Shown: positions 1-10,392 of the stretch, in pieces
Position numbering within the stretch: the stretch's first letter is position 1
How the letters are laid out: each line of letters opens with the position of its first letter
From: an uncultured cyanobacterium
Lineage (GTDB): Bacteria > Cyanobacteriota > Cyanobacteriia > PCC-9006 > JAAUQQ01
NCBI GenBank assembly: GCA_963718615.1
Contig: OY970368.1
Coordinates: 4,768,001-4,832,000 of the forward strand
Direction of reading: 5' to 3'
Length of the DNA stretch: 64,000 bases
Translations under genes and position numbers: made by a program
The notes under the pieces: model-generated
Told to the model about the DNA's origin: nothing
Database searches by the model: none
What the model saw: only the letters and a program-made list of their open reading frames with translations

Positions 1-676
1 GGGGAATCGGCGGCACATAATCCCCCAAGGCTGATTTCAGGGGACGACCCAGCAATCTCGGCTCGGGAGCCGGAATATCCGGGGCTTGGGCCTGGAGCGA
101 AGGGGCCGGATCCTTCAGGCTACCTTTCTCAAACCCCGGAATGCCGCCTGCCGTCACAGTCGGTTCGCCGCTGACCAAGGGCAGCCGTTCGACCTTGGCA
201 ATCCCAGAAAGCATATTCAGTCGGGCGAAGAGCCTGGGCTGGAGTCCCTCGAAGGTCTTGGCATTTTGGCTGAGGGTGCAGGTGATGGCATCTTGGCTGG
301 CGATCGCGGCAATTCCCTCACCGGTAGTCCTACCGACAGCCCCACTAGCAGAAGCACACCGAGGCCGAGCAATCAAATAATTCTCGCCGATAAAGCGATT
401 GACTTGGGTGGCGTGAATCACGATTTGGCCATCCACCGCCCGAATAGCATTGGGGTCAGGCCCGCTCATAGCCTCCCGAATCCGGCTCGCCAAGAGGCGC
501 TGCTCCTGGATGAGCCGCTTGGCATCGGCGTAAAACCCCTCATTAACCCCCTCATTCAGGGTTTGACTCAGCCGCTGGCCGTCAACGGTTCCCGCTTGGG
601 CTACCAGAGGCAGCATCACGGGGACTCCAGCCATCAATAGTGAAGTGCTTGCAAGCCAGAAAGAGAAGTTGCGCAT
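1..676 (-). CDS. Hypothetical secreted protein, truncated by the window start
   Basis: Not in the ORF track because no stop lies within the window. ATG at 676 gives MRNFSFWLASTSLLMAGVPVMLPLVAQAGTVDG..., a signal-peptide-like N-terminus ending in AQA; the frame appears open to position 1. Confidence 0.7.
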   Translation of the reverse strand, partial: MRNFSFWLASTSLLMAGVPVMLPLVAQAGTVDGQRLSQTLNEGVNEGFYADAKRLIQEQRLLASRIREAMSGPDPNAIRAVDGQIVIHATQVNRFIGENYLIARPRCASASGAVGRTTGEGIAAIASQDAITCTLSQNAKTFEGLQPRLFARLNMLSGIAKVERLPLVSGEPTVTAGGIPGFEKGSLKDPAPSLQAQAPDIPAPEPRLLGRPLKSALGDYVPPIP

Positions 677-939
677 AATTCAATCGTCCTGAGTTCAATC
701 GATGCAGCATGCTCATCACCCGACTAAACCCATCGGGTAGGCACCCTGAGACCTCCGTATTGACCGAAGGTTCATGTTTCCGATTATGCCTCTGCGCTCA
801 GAAAATTGAGATCAGATCCTGAAGGCTGCGGAGACTCTTTACATTGTGGACGAAAATTTGGCTACGCCATCCTCCGTAGGCCTACAAATCCTTCATAGTT
901 TTGAGTCTCCCTAGTTTGAATCCCTGATTGGCATCTCCC

Positions 940-2748
940 CTAAAACTCCACCCGAGAGTCTTCCGCATCGCTGCCCGGTCGCATCATTTGGGGTGGGCGA
1001 CGTTTGCTGAGCTGCTTGAGCCAAAAACCACCGAGGACGGCGATCGCCAAAGCCACAAACCCCGTCATCGATTTCAACAGCAGGAATCCGCCCACCGCAA
1101 ACATCGAGCCAAACAGCAGCAGACTCGCCGCCACCACCCGCTGGAGATCGAGGCCCAAATCCTGAATCGGCAGCAGTCCCGTGCGCAACTGCTGTCGCCG
1201 CCAGCCGGGACCGCCGGGCCGAACTTTGGTGTAAAAGGCATCGAGAGTTGCGTCTGATTCGGGGGGGGTCAGGACCATGGTGATCACCCAAATGACGCTG
1301 GTGATTGCAGCGGTGACGAGCAACCGCAGGCCAAAGTCCTCGATTTTAAGCACCGGCACCACGCTGGTAAACAGACCAATGACAAACCCCGCCAGCATCG
1401 ACGAGAGCTCCGCCGCCGCATTGATCCGCCACCAGAACCAGCGCAAAATCAGCACCAGCCCTGGTCCAGTGCCAATGGCGATCATCAGCCGAAACACCGT
1501 CGCCACATCCTCTGAGAAAAACGCCGCCGCCGCGCCCAAAATGGTAATCACAACCGACGCCACCCGTCCTGAAAACACGAGCTGCGCCTGACTGGCATTG
1601 GGATTGATAAACCGGCCATAGAGATCATTGGTGAGATAGGATGCGCCCCAGTTGATTAGCGTTGAGACCGTGCTCATGAACGCCGCCAACAGCGATGCCA
1701 CAACCAATCCCAGCATGGCCGGGGGCAAAAAGTCGAGCATGAGTTTGGGGTAGCCCAATTCTCGATCTTCCAGGTCTGGATAGAGCGCCACTGCGGCTAG
1801 GGCGACGATCACCCAGGGCCAAGTGCGGACCACATAATGCAAAATGTTGAAAAACCAGGCAGACTTTTCCGCTTCGGCCTCATCTTTGGATGCCGCCAAT
1901 CGCTGGATAAATTCGCCGCCCCCGTCGCTGCGTCGAAAGGCCCACCATTGCAAAAACACATACCCAAAGAAGGTGCTCGCTGTAATCCCCGCCGCTTCGC
2001 TCCAGCGGAACCTCCCTGCATCGAACTGAATGGGGACAAAACTGAGTAAGTCGGTATCGGTGGCGTTGTTGGCCAATTCGAGCAAGTTGCTCATACTACC
2101 AAAATGACTGACGGCGGCGATCGCCACCACAATCGCCCCAAACAACGCTAGAAAAAACTGAAAGAAATCCGTGGCGACCACGCCCCACAGCCCGGAAAAC
2201 CCAGCATAGAGCAAGACAAAAAAGCTAACGCCCACGACGCTCCAGAGCTTGAGATTGCCATCCCCTGGATCGACGCCCAGACTTTGCCACAGTTGTAAAG
2301 CATCGACGACCTTGACCATGGCGAGCATGGCATAGCCAATGCCGATACAATTGATTGGCACCGCGAACAAAAAGGCTTTAATCCCCCGCAGGGCCGCTGC
2401 CATCCGACCGCCGTAGCGCATTTCAGTGAGTTCCGCGTCGGTAATGATTTCGGAGCGTCGCCACATGCGCGCGAACACATAGATCATCACCACATGGGCG
2501 ATGCCAAAACTCCACCATTCCCAGTTGCCTGCGATACCGCGATTACCGACGACACCGGCCACGTAAAGGGGAGTATCAATGGAAAATGTGGTTGCGGCCA
2601 TACTGGTGCCTGCGAGCCACCAGGGGAGCGATCGCCCAGAAACAAAGAAATCAACCAGACCCCCGGAGGCTTTGCGAGACAGATAAACCCCGAGGACTAG
2701 GGTGAAGGCAAGATACGCCACCACAATGACCCAGTCAATGGTTTGCAT
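940..2748 (-). CDS. Sodium:solute symporter (SSS/PutP-like) family protein
   Basis: 602 aa, many TM helices; motifs DFFVSGRSLPWWLAGTSMAATTF and AAFMSTVSTLINWGASYL. Confidence 0.9.
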   Translation of the reverse strand: MQTIDWVIVVAYLAFTLVLGVYLSRKASGGLVDFFVSGRSLPWWLAGTSMAATTFSIDTPLYVAGVVGNRGIAGNWEWWSFGIAHVVMIYVFARMWRRSEIITDAELTEMRYGGRMAAALRGIKAFLFAVPINCIGIGYAMLAMVKVVDALQLWQSLGVDPGDGNLKLWSVVGVSFFVLLYAGFSGLWGVVATDFFQFFLALFGAIVVAIAAVSHFGSMSNLLELANNATDTDLLSFVPIQFDAGRFRWSEAAGITASTFFGYVFLQWWAFRRSDGGGEFIQRLAASKDEAEAEKSAWFFNILHYVVRTWPWVIVALAAVALYPDLEDRELGYPKLMLDFLPPAMLGLVVASLLAAFMSTVSTLINWGASYLTNDLYGRFINPNASQAQLVFSGRVASVVITILGAAAAFFSEDVATVFRLMIAIGTGPGLVLILRWFWWRINAAAELSSMLAGFVIGLFTSVVPVLKIEDFGLRLLVTAAITSVIWVITMVLTPPESDATLDAFYTKVRPGGPGWRRQQLRTGLLPIQDLGLDLQRVVAASLLLFGSMFAVGGFLLLKSMTGFVALAIAVLGGFWLKQLSKRRPPQMMRPGSDAEDSRVEF

Positions 2749-2821
2749 GGAAGAGACCTACTAGAATGCACGGGCTGACCCAATGGCCCGCCTGTTGGGT
2801 CATATCTTCCCATAGACCGCC

Positions 2822-4072
2822 CTAGCCGTAGTAAAATCCTTGAGCCAAAATATCTAAGACATCTAGGGTTTCAGAGAAACCTTCAACGATCGCGACTAAA
2901 TCACCCGATGTTGTAGAAATCCTGAGACTGCCGCCTAGCACCTGCTGCTGATAATTTGTTGGTTGTCCAGCAAGGGTAATATAGTCATCTTCAATGTCAA
3001 AGTTTCGAATCAGCGCATAACCTTGATTACCATCACCAACATAGAACTGCTGGCCATTCGTAAAATTACCAATAATAAAGTCATCTGCGCCGTTAGTACC
3101 AATTAAAACATCCAGCTCATTAATACCAAGGCTATCAGTTGAGAAGGTTTCAGCATCAAGGTTTAAGTCCCGCACAGAAACCCCCAAAATACTGGTAGAG
3201 CCGAACAGAAAGGAATTATCCTTTTCATCTTTTCGAAAAGCCCGAACGACATCACTGCCGCTAGTTCCCGTAAAGAAGACTAGCCGTTGATCTTCAAATT
3301 GCCCAAAACGTAAGTAATGTTGTGTCCCAGAAGTGAAGAGACCCGCTTGAATCGCCTGCGTAACATCAGGCTCAAATATCCGATAAAGCTGTTCATCAAA
3401 ACTTGTTCCAGATCGCCCTTCAGCTTCACCAAAACGAGCATAGTGCTCTAAGCCTGATCTGAAAACACCCACAGCAACGGCGTTAGTAACATCTGGATTG
3501 TCTCGTAAATAGAACCCTTCATCGAAAAGAGCTGCCCCTGTGCGCTTTTCATTGAGGCCAAACTGCAAAAAATGTTGTAATCCTGAGTTAAAAGCATTCG
3601 CAGCAACGGCATTCGCGACATCTGGATATTTGTTAATATAGTATTCTTCGTTGTACAGGGCTTCGTAGCGATTCTCTTGTGAACTACTCGGTAACACAAA
3701 AGTAAGGAAATGCTCAAATCCAGACTTCAGGAAACCGGAATTGACCGCATTGGCAACATCGGGGTTAGCCTGTAGGTAAGCTTGTTCGTTATATAAGCCA
3801 TAGGCTCCCAGACGTCCCTCAGCTTCACCAAACTGAATAAAATGCTGTAATCCAGAACTGAATCCACCTGCTGCGACACTCCCTGCAACATCGGGATTCG
3901 CTTGAAGATAAAGAGACTCGCTGTAGACAGAAGAAATAGAGGTGCGGCCTTCAAAAATACCGAAACTTTGGAAGTGGGATAAACCAGATGGAAACAGGCC
4001 TTGTGCAACAGCCTGAGCTACATCAGGGTTATTAAATAGATAATACGCTTCATCAAAAACACTCAATGACAT
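2822..4072 (-). CDS. Repeat protein with six (N)PDVAxAV...SGLxH(F/Y)xxFGxxEGR units and an RTX-like C-terminal domain
   Basis: Six ~42-aa repeats visible in the translation. The C-terminus DVLIGTNGADDFIIG...YALIRNFD...DLVAIVEG resembles cyanobacterial hemolysin-type/T1SS passenger tails. No signal peptide; DNA is AT-richer than the flanks. Confidence 0.75.
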   Translation of the reverse strand: MSLSVFDEAYYLFNNPDVAQAVAQGLFPSGLSHFQSFGIFEGRTSISSVYSESLYLQANPDVAGSVAAGGFSSGLQHFIQFGEAEGRLGAYGLYNEQAYLQANPDVANAVNSGFLKSGFEHFLTFVLPSSSQENRYEALYNEEYYINKYPDVANAVAANAFNSGLQHFLQFGLNEKRTGAALFDEGFYLRDNPDVTNAVAVGVFRSGLEHYARFGEAEGRSGTSFDEQLYRIFEPDVTQAIQAGLFTSGTQHYLRFGQFEDQRLVFFTGTSGSDVVRAFRKDEKDNSFLFGSTSILGVSVRDLNLDAETFSTDSLGINELDVLIGTNGADDFIIGNFTNGQQFYVGDGNQGYALIRNFDIEDDYITLAGQPTNYQQQVLGGSLRISTTSGDLVAIVEGFSETLDVLDILAQGFYYG

Positions 4073-4175
4073 AGCCGTGTTGTCTCACCTTGCTTTCTTG
4101 TTATTATACGTATACGTCGCACTCCTTGCTACCCTCTCATCATGATATCTTCGTAGTCCATGGTTTGTGAGCATC

Positions 4176-5165
4176 ATGATGGTCTACTTTATTGGGTTAT
4201 ACCTGGGCTTTTTGCTGATGTGGCTGTTCTGCCGCGCCCTTTGGTTTGATCAATTTTGGTGGCTGGCCCTGCTCAACACAGGCGCATTTTTTCTGCTGTT
4301 GCCGATGGCGATCGCCTTCCCCCTGCTCCTTTAGCAACGCCGTTGGCGACTGCTAGCGGGGTTTGCCATTCCTCTGGCTTTTGCCATCCATCAGTACCTG
4401 CCGCTTTTTCTACCTCAACTCATGCCATCAGTTGCCAGGGGTATTCCCCTGCGAGTGATGACGTTCAATGTGCTGTGGGATAACCAGGACTATGAGGCGA
4501 TCGCCCAGGCCATCCGGAGCACAAACCCCGATGTCATTGGTTTCCAAGAACTTCGCCCGGAGCATCTCCCGGCCCTACAAGCCCAGCTTGGCCAGAATTA
4601 CCCCTATAGCATGGTTCATCCCAATCCCGATTTTCATACCGTGGGTGTGCTGAGCCGCTATCCGCTCAGCCTCGTTAAACCTTTGGCTAATCCGCCTACA
4701 GAGAGAGGGTTGCAAATGCATCTGAAAATGCAGGGACGATCGCTTTCGCTCCTGATCACCCACCTCGCGCCCAATAATATGTTGAGTTTTAGCCCACGCG
4801 AGTGGCTACCGTTGACGCGCCAACGCTATGCCCAGCGGATGGCTCAAGTGAAGGAAATCCAGGCGATCGCCCGTGAAGCAACTGAGCCCATGCTGATGTT
4901 ATGTGACTGCAATATGACCGATACCTCGCAAACCTATGGGGAACTTCGGCGAGTGTTTCACGATAGCTTTTGGGCTGTGGGCTGGGCCTTGGGGCATACC
5001 CTCTTGGGTAGAGTGCTACCGCCGTTGCAGCGGATTGATTATGTTTGGTATGGGGATTCTGTGGGAAGGTAGGGAGGCGATCGCCTACGTCCCGTTCGAG
5101 CCAGAGTGGGTCCGGAAGGCGGGTCCGATCATCTGCCGCTAGTTGTCGACTTTTGGGTGGGTTAA
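4176..5165 (+). pseudogene. Membrane-anchored endonuclease/exonuclease/phosphatase (EEP) family gene with two in-frame TAG codons
   Basis: One frame runs from ATG 4176 to TAA 5163-5165: hydrophobic N-terminus, LRVMTFNV, PDVIGFQE, CDCN, RIDYVW and GSDHLPLV. It is interrupted by TAG at 4332-4334 and 5070-5072. Confidence 0.8.
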
Positions 5166-5706
5166 GGCGGATGTCGAGTGGATCGCCCATACCAGACCTC
5201 GTTTAGTGACGATGATTATAGCCAGTCCCGATTAGAGTGCTTCGGTAATTCGTTGTGCGGCTTGTTCGATCAGGAGTTTGTTTTGTTGGCAGAGGGCGAT
5301 CGCGAGTTCGATGCGCAGGTTGGGCCAAGTAATCAAACAAATTTCTCAATGCTTTCAGGTGCTGATATTGCTGTAGCCATGGTTTAATTTATTCTTCAAA
5401 TATTCAACAGTGTGAATGTTTAGCATTGACAGATCAAGCTGTGTTTAGAGAGAAAATTATTCTCTAAACTACAAGAATAAGTAGATCGACCTTGACTTTT
5501 ACTTTCTTAGTAAACCTTTATATTGCCTATAGAATGACCTTCAGTATGTGGCCATTTCTCATCCCAACTCAAATACTTGCCATCTTTGCTCCATATAAAC
5601 GACATATAGCCATGCCCTTAAATTACTGAAAGTTCCTGACTAACCTTCCAAAGTTTTGGCGTTACGCTCATAGATGCACCTACACTTTGAAAAGAAGCAG
5701 TACACT

Positions 5707-5997
5707 ATGCGTCTCAGTCTCTTGCTGATTACAGCTGTCCTCCCCGGTCTTGCAGCGATGCTCGTCAGCGGTTATTGGGTGTTGATCGATTGGACAGCCC
5801 TAGACCAAGCCCACGATCGCCTCGACCAACTCGCCCAAGCCCCCAACCGCCCCCTCGAAGACCTCCTCATTGCCCAATCCTCCGAAAACCGCCACCGCAT
5901 CAACTGCTTTGCCGAAGGCGTCGGAGTTTTGCTGGGCGGCATTTGGATGAGCTTAGGAATCCATGGCATCTGCACCCTACCTCGGAAACCGCACTAA
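5707..5997 (+). CDS. Small conserved-type hypothetical membrane protein (2 TM)
   Basis: Two hydrophobic segments flanking ENRHRINCFAEGVGVLLGG; ATG 5707 preferred to 5674. Confidence 0.7.
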   Translation: MRLSLLLITAVLPGLAAMLVSGYWVLIDWTALDQAHDRLDQLAQAPNRPLEDLLIAQSSENRHRINCFAEGVGVLLGGIWMSLGIHGICTLPRKPH

Positions 5998-6233
5998 CCC
6001 TTGGAGAAAGCCCTAGTCTGAAAAAGCTCTCGGGAGAGCCAGTCTGTCCTTCACGTCGAACTCACACCAACCTCAATTCGTGGTAAAGCTTCCGTAGATC
6101 TTCGAAGACGGTAGTGATAAAATCCAAAACCTCTCTAAGATAGACTTTAGCCTTAAATTTAATCAAGGTTGTACGCAACGTACTATTCAATGCGCCTATA
6201 CATGCGCCTATTTGATCAAAGGAGGATTGATCC

Positions 6234-7484
6234 TTGAGTCGTAAGTACTATTTCACCTCGGAATCCGTTACAGAGGGGCATCCCGATAAGATCTGTGATC
6301 AAATCTCGGATGCGATTCTTGATGCGCTGCTGGAGCAGGATCCGGCAAGCCGCGTAGCTGCTGAAGTCGTGGTGAACACTGGTTTGGTTCTGATTACCGG
6401 TGAAATTACTTCTAAAGCACAGGTTAACTATATTGACCTTGCGCGTAAGAAAATTACAGAAATTGGTTATGTCGGCGCAGACGGTGGCTTTGCCGCCAAT
6501 AGCTGCTCGGTTCTGATTGCCCTAGATGAGCAGTCCCCTGATATTGCCCAAGGTGTCAACAGCGCCCAGGAGCAGCGCCTCAAGTCCGACGACGAGTTGG
6601 ATGAAGTGGGTGCCGGGGACCAGGGCATTATGTTTGGCTTTGCCTGCAACGAGACCCCGGAACTGATGCCCCTGCCCATCAGCTTGGCCCACCGCATTTC
6701 CCGGCGGCTGGCTGCCGTGCGCAAGACCGGTGAACTGGGCTATCTGCGCCCCGATGGCAAGACCCAGGTGACGATCGCCTACGAAGATGACAAGCCCGTC
6801 AGCGTTGATACGATCCTGATTTCGACCCAGCATGCGCCCACCATTGGCGAAATTTCCGAGGAAGCGGCGGTGCGCGATCGCATCCAGCAGGATCTCTGGG
6901 AAAAGGTCGTTCAGCCGATCTTTGCAGACCTCGACATCAAACCCGACGACGCCACCAAATTCCTGGTTAACCCCACGGGCAAATTCGTCGTGGGCGGTCC
7001 CCAGGGCGATGCCGGGTTGACCGGGCGGAAGATCATCGTCGATACCTACGGCGGCTACTCTCGCCACGGTGGCGGTGCCTTCTCCGGAAAGGATCCCACC
7101 AAGGTGGACCGCAGTGCGGCCTATGCTTGTCGCTATGTGGCCAAGAACATCGTCGCTGCCGGTCTAGCGGAGAAGTGCGAAGTTCAGCTCAGTTACGCCA
7201 TCGGCGTCGCTCGGCCTACGAGCGTATTTGTGGAAACCTTCGGCACCGGAAAAGTCTCCGACGGCGAGCTGCTGGAACTGGTGAAGGCCAACTTTGAACT
7301 GCGTCCAGCGGGAATTATCCAAACCTTCAATCTGCGGGGTCTGCCCTCAGAGCGAGGCGGTCGGTTCTTCCAGGACACGGCAGCCTATGGTCACTTTGGT
7401 CGGACAGATCTGGAGTTGCCTTGGGAAGCGACCGATAAAGTCGAAACGCTGAAAGCCGCGCTGACCGCCACAGCAACGGTCTAA
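6234..7484 (+). CDS. metK: S-adenosylmethionine synthetase
   Basis: [26 protein letters not shown] and GGGAFSGKD motifs; GGAGGA RBS upstream of the TTG start. Confidence 0.98.
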   Translation: MSRKYYFTSESVTEGHPDKICDQISDAILDALLEQDPASRVAAEVVVNTGLVLITGEITSKAQVNYIDLARKKITEIGYVGADGGFAANSCSVLIALDEQSPDIAQGVNSAQEQRLKSDDELDEVGAGDQGIMFGFACNETPELMPLPISLAHRISRRLAAVRKTGELGYLRPDGKTQVTIAYEDDKPVSVDTILISTQHAPTIGEISEEAAVRDRIQQDLWEKVVQPIFADLDIKPDDATKFLVNPTGKFVVGGPQGDAGLTGRKIIVDTYGGYSRHGGGAFSGKDPTKVDRSAAYACRYVAKNIVAAGLAEKCEVQLSYAIGVARPTSVFVETFGTGKVSDGELLELVKANFELRPAGIIQTFNLRGLPSERGGRFFQDTAAYGHFGRTDLELPWEATDKVETLKAALTATATV

Positions 7485-7509
7485 TTACGCCAATTTCAGT
7501 CCACAAACC

Positions 7510-7532
7510 GTAGGGGCGTGCATTCCACGCCC
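7510..7532 (+). repeat. GTAG-type REP-like palindrome, copy 1
   Basis: GTAGGGGCGTGCATTCCACGCCC hairpin downstream of metK; near-identical reverse-complement copy at 31997-32019. Confidence 0.7.
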
Positions 7533-7578
7533 TCAATGTTTATAGCGGTTTATCGGGTGATCATCAGTTGGGATTTAT

Positions 7579-8889
7579 ATGGTGATAGGTTGGGGTGAGC
7601 GACGCGCCCCTGCATTAGGCATTGATTTTGGAACCTCCGGAGCGCGAGCGATCGCCATCAACGCCGCAGGTTCCATTTTGTTTGAATATAGAATTTCCTT
7701 TGGCCAGACCTCCAGCCAGACAATCCAGTGGCAAGACGTTTTATTTGAGTTACTCACCCATTTGCCTCGAACCCTCGCCCCATCCCTTCAGGCGATTGCC
7801 ATCAACGGGACTTCGGGAACGGTTTTGTTGTGCGATCGCGCCGGAAGACCCCAGGTTGAACCGCTCCTCTACAATGATGATCGAGGCAGAGCAATGCTGG
7901 AGCAACTGAGAGCCATTGCGCCTGAACGCCATCCGGTGATCAGCGCTACCTCTAGCTTCGCGAAGCTCCTCTGGTGGCAACGGGAATTGCATTGGCGGTC
8001 ACCGCCTGTCAATTGGACACTTTTGCACCAGGCGGATTGGTTAGCATTTTTGCTCCATGGGCAGCTTGGGGTTTCCGATTATCATAATGCGCTAAAGCTT
8101 GGATATGATCCTGGGGCGTTGGCCTATCCAGACTGGTTGTTGCAGACAGAACTCGCACCGCTTTTCCCTCGGGTCGTAGCTCCGGGAACAGTCATCGGGT
8201 CAGTGACGGAGGCCATTGCTCAACGGTTTCAGATCAATCCCCATTGCGTCGTTTGTGCCGGAACCACGGACAGCATTGCAGCCTTTTTAGCCAGTGGTGT
8301 TGAGCAACCCGGAGAAGCCGTCACCTCCTTGGGCTCGACGCTAGTTTTAAAGCTCTTGAGTGAAACGAGAGTTGATGATGCAACTTTTGGGATTTATAGC
8401 CATCGATTGGATAGTCATCGCTTAGGAAGCCGCTGGCTGGTAGGTGGGGCTTCGAATACAGGAGGCGCGGTGTTGCGGCAGTTTTTTGGGGATGAGGCAT
8501 TGCGGCGGCTGAGTGGGCGGATCGATCCGGGAGCGCGATCGCCCTTGGACTATTACCCGCTGCTCCAACCCGGCGAACGCTTCCCCTTCGCAGACCCCCA
8601 GCTCCAACCTCGGCTAACCCCGCGTCCTGCTGACGAGGTTCAGTTTCTCCATGGATTGTTGGAGAGCATGGCTCGGATTGAGGCTCAGGGCTACGGACGA
8701 TTGCAAGACTTGGGGGCAACACCGTTGCGGCGCGTACGGACAGCAGGGGGCGGTGCGCAAAATCAGGCTTGGACCGCCATTCGTCAGCGGGTGCTAGGGG
8801 TTCCCGTAGAAACTGCGCCGCAACTGGAGGCGGCCTATGGGACGGCGAGGTTGGCCTCGCAGAGCGCGATCGGCAATCTCAAGCAATAA
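7579..8889 (+). CDS. FGGY-family carbohydrate kinase (ribulose/xylulose kinase-like)
   Basis: LGIDFGTSGAR, GTTDSIAAFLASG, SLGSTL and TAGGGA motifs. Confidence 0.9.
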   Translation: MVIGWGERRAPALGIDFGTSGARAIAINAAGSILFEYRISFGQTSSQTIQWQDVLFELLTHLPRTLAPSLQAIAINGTSGTVLLCDRAGRPQVEPLLYNDDRGRAMLEQLRAIAPERHPVISATSSFAKLLWWQRELHWRSPPVNWTLLHQADWLAFLLHGQLGVSDYHNALKLGYDPGALAYPDWLLQTELAPLFPRVVAPGTVIGSVTEAIAQRFQINPHCVVCAGTTDSIAAFLASGVEQPGEAVTSLGSTLVLKLLSETRVDDATFGIYSHRLDSHRLGSRWLVGGASNTGGAVLRQFFGDEALRRLSGRIDPGARSPLDYYPLLQPGERFPFADPQLQPRLTPRPADEVQFLHGLLESMARIEAQGYGRLQDLGATPLRRVRTAGGGAQNQAWTAIRQRVLGVPVETAPQLEAAYGTARLASQSAIGNLKQ

Positions 8890-9030
8890 TCTCAAACCAG
8901 CGTGACGCTTCCTGCCGAGGGAGTGCATTAGATTAGATTAGATTTGTTTCGGTTTGGTATCGTTCGGGCCAAGTCCGGGAGGCACAATGATAGGCTGACA
9001 GAATCATCGGTAGAGAAAAGGGGCGATCGC

Positions 9031-9162
9031 ATGTCCAACCCAACCGTGCAAATTCTTCGCAATATTCTCAATGTCTCGATTACGATCCTGTTGTTGTTAT
9101 TTATCTCCGTGAATCTTTTCACCCTAGGTCGGATAGGTCTAGAAAAATTGGCCGGGATGTAG
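9031..9162 (+). CDS. Putative 43-aa single-TM small protein
   Basis: MSNPTVQILRNILNVSITILLLLFISVNLFTLGRIGLEKLAGM; purine-rich RBS-like sequence and an extended -10 (TGATAGGCT, 8988-8996) upstream. Confidence 0.5.
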   Translation: MSNPTVQILRNILNVSITILLLLFISVNLFTLGRIGLEKLAGM

Positions 9163-9226
9163 AGCACAGAGGGAGAGCGCAACGAAATCTCAACCGTAAA
9201 TGAGCAACGGAAGCTAGCGAAAACCC

Positions 9227-9502
9227 ATGTCTGAACCCATTACCGCAGCAGTGAGCGATCGCATCTGCAAGCACATGAACAATGACCATGCCGAGGCGAT
9301 CGTCATGTACGCTGAGGTCTACGGCCACCAAACCAACGTCTCCGCAGCTCGGATGCTCAAGATCGACCATGAGGGCATGGATCTCTTGGCCCAGGTCGAT
9401 GGCGAAGAAAAGCCCGTGCGCGTCGCCTTTAAGCGGCCCCTCGCTGACGCCAAAGAGGCCCACGTTGTCCTCGTCGAAATGCTCAAGCAAGGTCGGACCT
9501 AG
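9227..9502 (+). CDS. DUF2470-domain protein (heme/GluTR-binding-like)
   Basis: SDRICKHMNNDHAEA and IDHEGMDL motifs. Confidence 0.88.
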   Translation: MSEPITAAVSDRICKHMNNDHAEAIVMYAEVYGHQTNVSAARMLKIDHEGMDLLAQVDGEEKPVRVAFKRPLADAKEAHVVLVEMLKQGRT

Positions 9503-9626
9503 GTCGAGCCTAGATTTGGAACTAGGTCGGTCCTAACCCGCAGGTGGTTTCTCGTCGGTTTATGCCACAATGGCGCGGGGGTGTTCATCCTTGGCGCAAT
9601 AACGACTTAATCGAGAGAAAACGGCA

Positions 9627-10247
9627 ATGTCCGATTTAACCACCTGGATCACCAATACCATGGAAACCATGGGCTATTGGGGGATTGGATTCCTGATGTT
9701 TGCAGAGAATCTGTTTCCCCCGATCCCCTCGGAGCTGATCATGCCCCTGGCAGGGTTTACGATCGCCGAAGGCAAAATGACCTGGTTACCCGCTATTACG
9801 GCGGGGGTTGTGGGAACGATCCTGGGGGCCTTGCCCTGGTACTACATGGGCAAGATCTTTAATATCTATCGTTTGGGAGCCTGGGCCGATCGCTACGGGA
9901 AGTGGCTTGGCATCTCCAGCGGTGATCTGAATAAATCGGTTGTTTGGTTTAATCGCTACGGTACAAAAGCGGTGCTGTTCGGTCGCTTAGTCCCTGGGAT
10001 TCGCACGCTGATTTCTTTGCCTGCGGGGATTGACGGGATGCCCTTGCCAACGTTTTTAATCTATTCGACCTTAGGCACTGCAATTTGGGTGACGTTTTTG
10101 ACGTCGGCGGGGTATTTCCTGGGTGATAATTACGATCGCGTTGATCAATATTTAGGTCCGGTTTCAAAGGTTGTTTTAGCGATTCTTGTAGTGGCGTTTA
10201 TCATTTGGCTTGTGCGGAAGCAAATGGCAAAGCGGCGTGAGTTTTAG
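9627..10247 (+). CDS. DedA family membrane protein
   Basis: ENLFPPIPSELIMPLAGF and GRLVPGIRTLISLPAG motifs. Confidence 0.93.
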   Translation: MSDLTTWITNTMETMGYWGIGFLMFAENLFPPIPSELIMPLAGFTIAEGKMTWLPAITAGVVGTILGALPWYYMGKIFNIYRLGAWADRYGKWLGISSGDLNKSVVWFNRYGTKAVLFGRLVPGIRTLISLPAGIDGMPLPTFLIYSTLGTAIWVTFLTSAGYFLGDNYDRVDQYLGPVSKVVLAILVVAFIIWLVRKQMAKRREF

Positions 10248-10392
10248 TGAATACCGCAGAGACAGACCCAGTGCTGGGGATGCGATTACTTTATGAATAT
10301 CGATTGCAAGTCGACGCCATTGAGGGGGATTAGTCACAGTCGAAATCCTGCCAAATGTGCGATAGGCTGAAGTTTTTGAGGAGTGCTTTGCC

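Noticed and set aside
86-640. 184-aa plus-strand ORF
   Set aside because: Antisense shadow of the minus-strand gene starting at 676, which has a signal peptide and a more protein-like composition.
4332-5072. Stop-codon reassignment or pyrrolysine as an explanation for the two TAGs
   Set aside because: Many intact genes here (dedA, mreD, secA, psbZ, pilQ) terminate at TAG, and no pyl genes or suppressor tRNA are present.
6000-6233. SAM riboswitch upstream of metK
   Set aside because: No SAM-I or SAM-II consensus recognisable.
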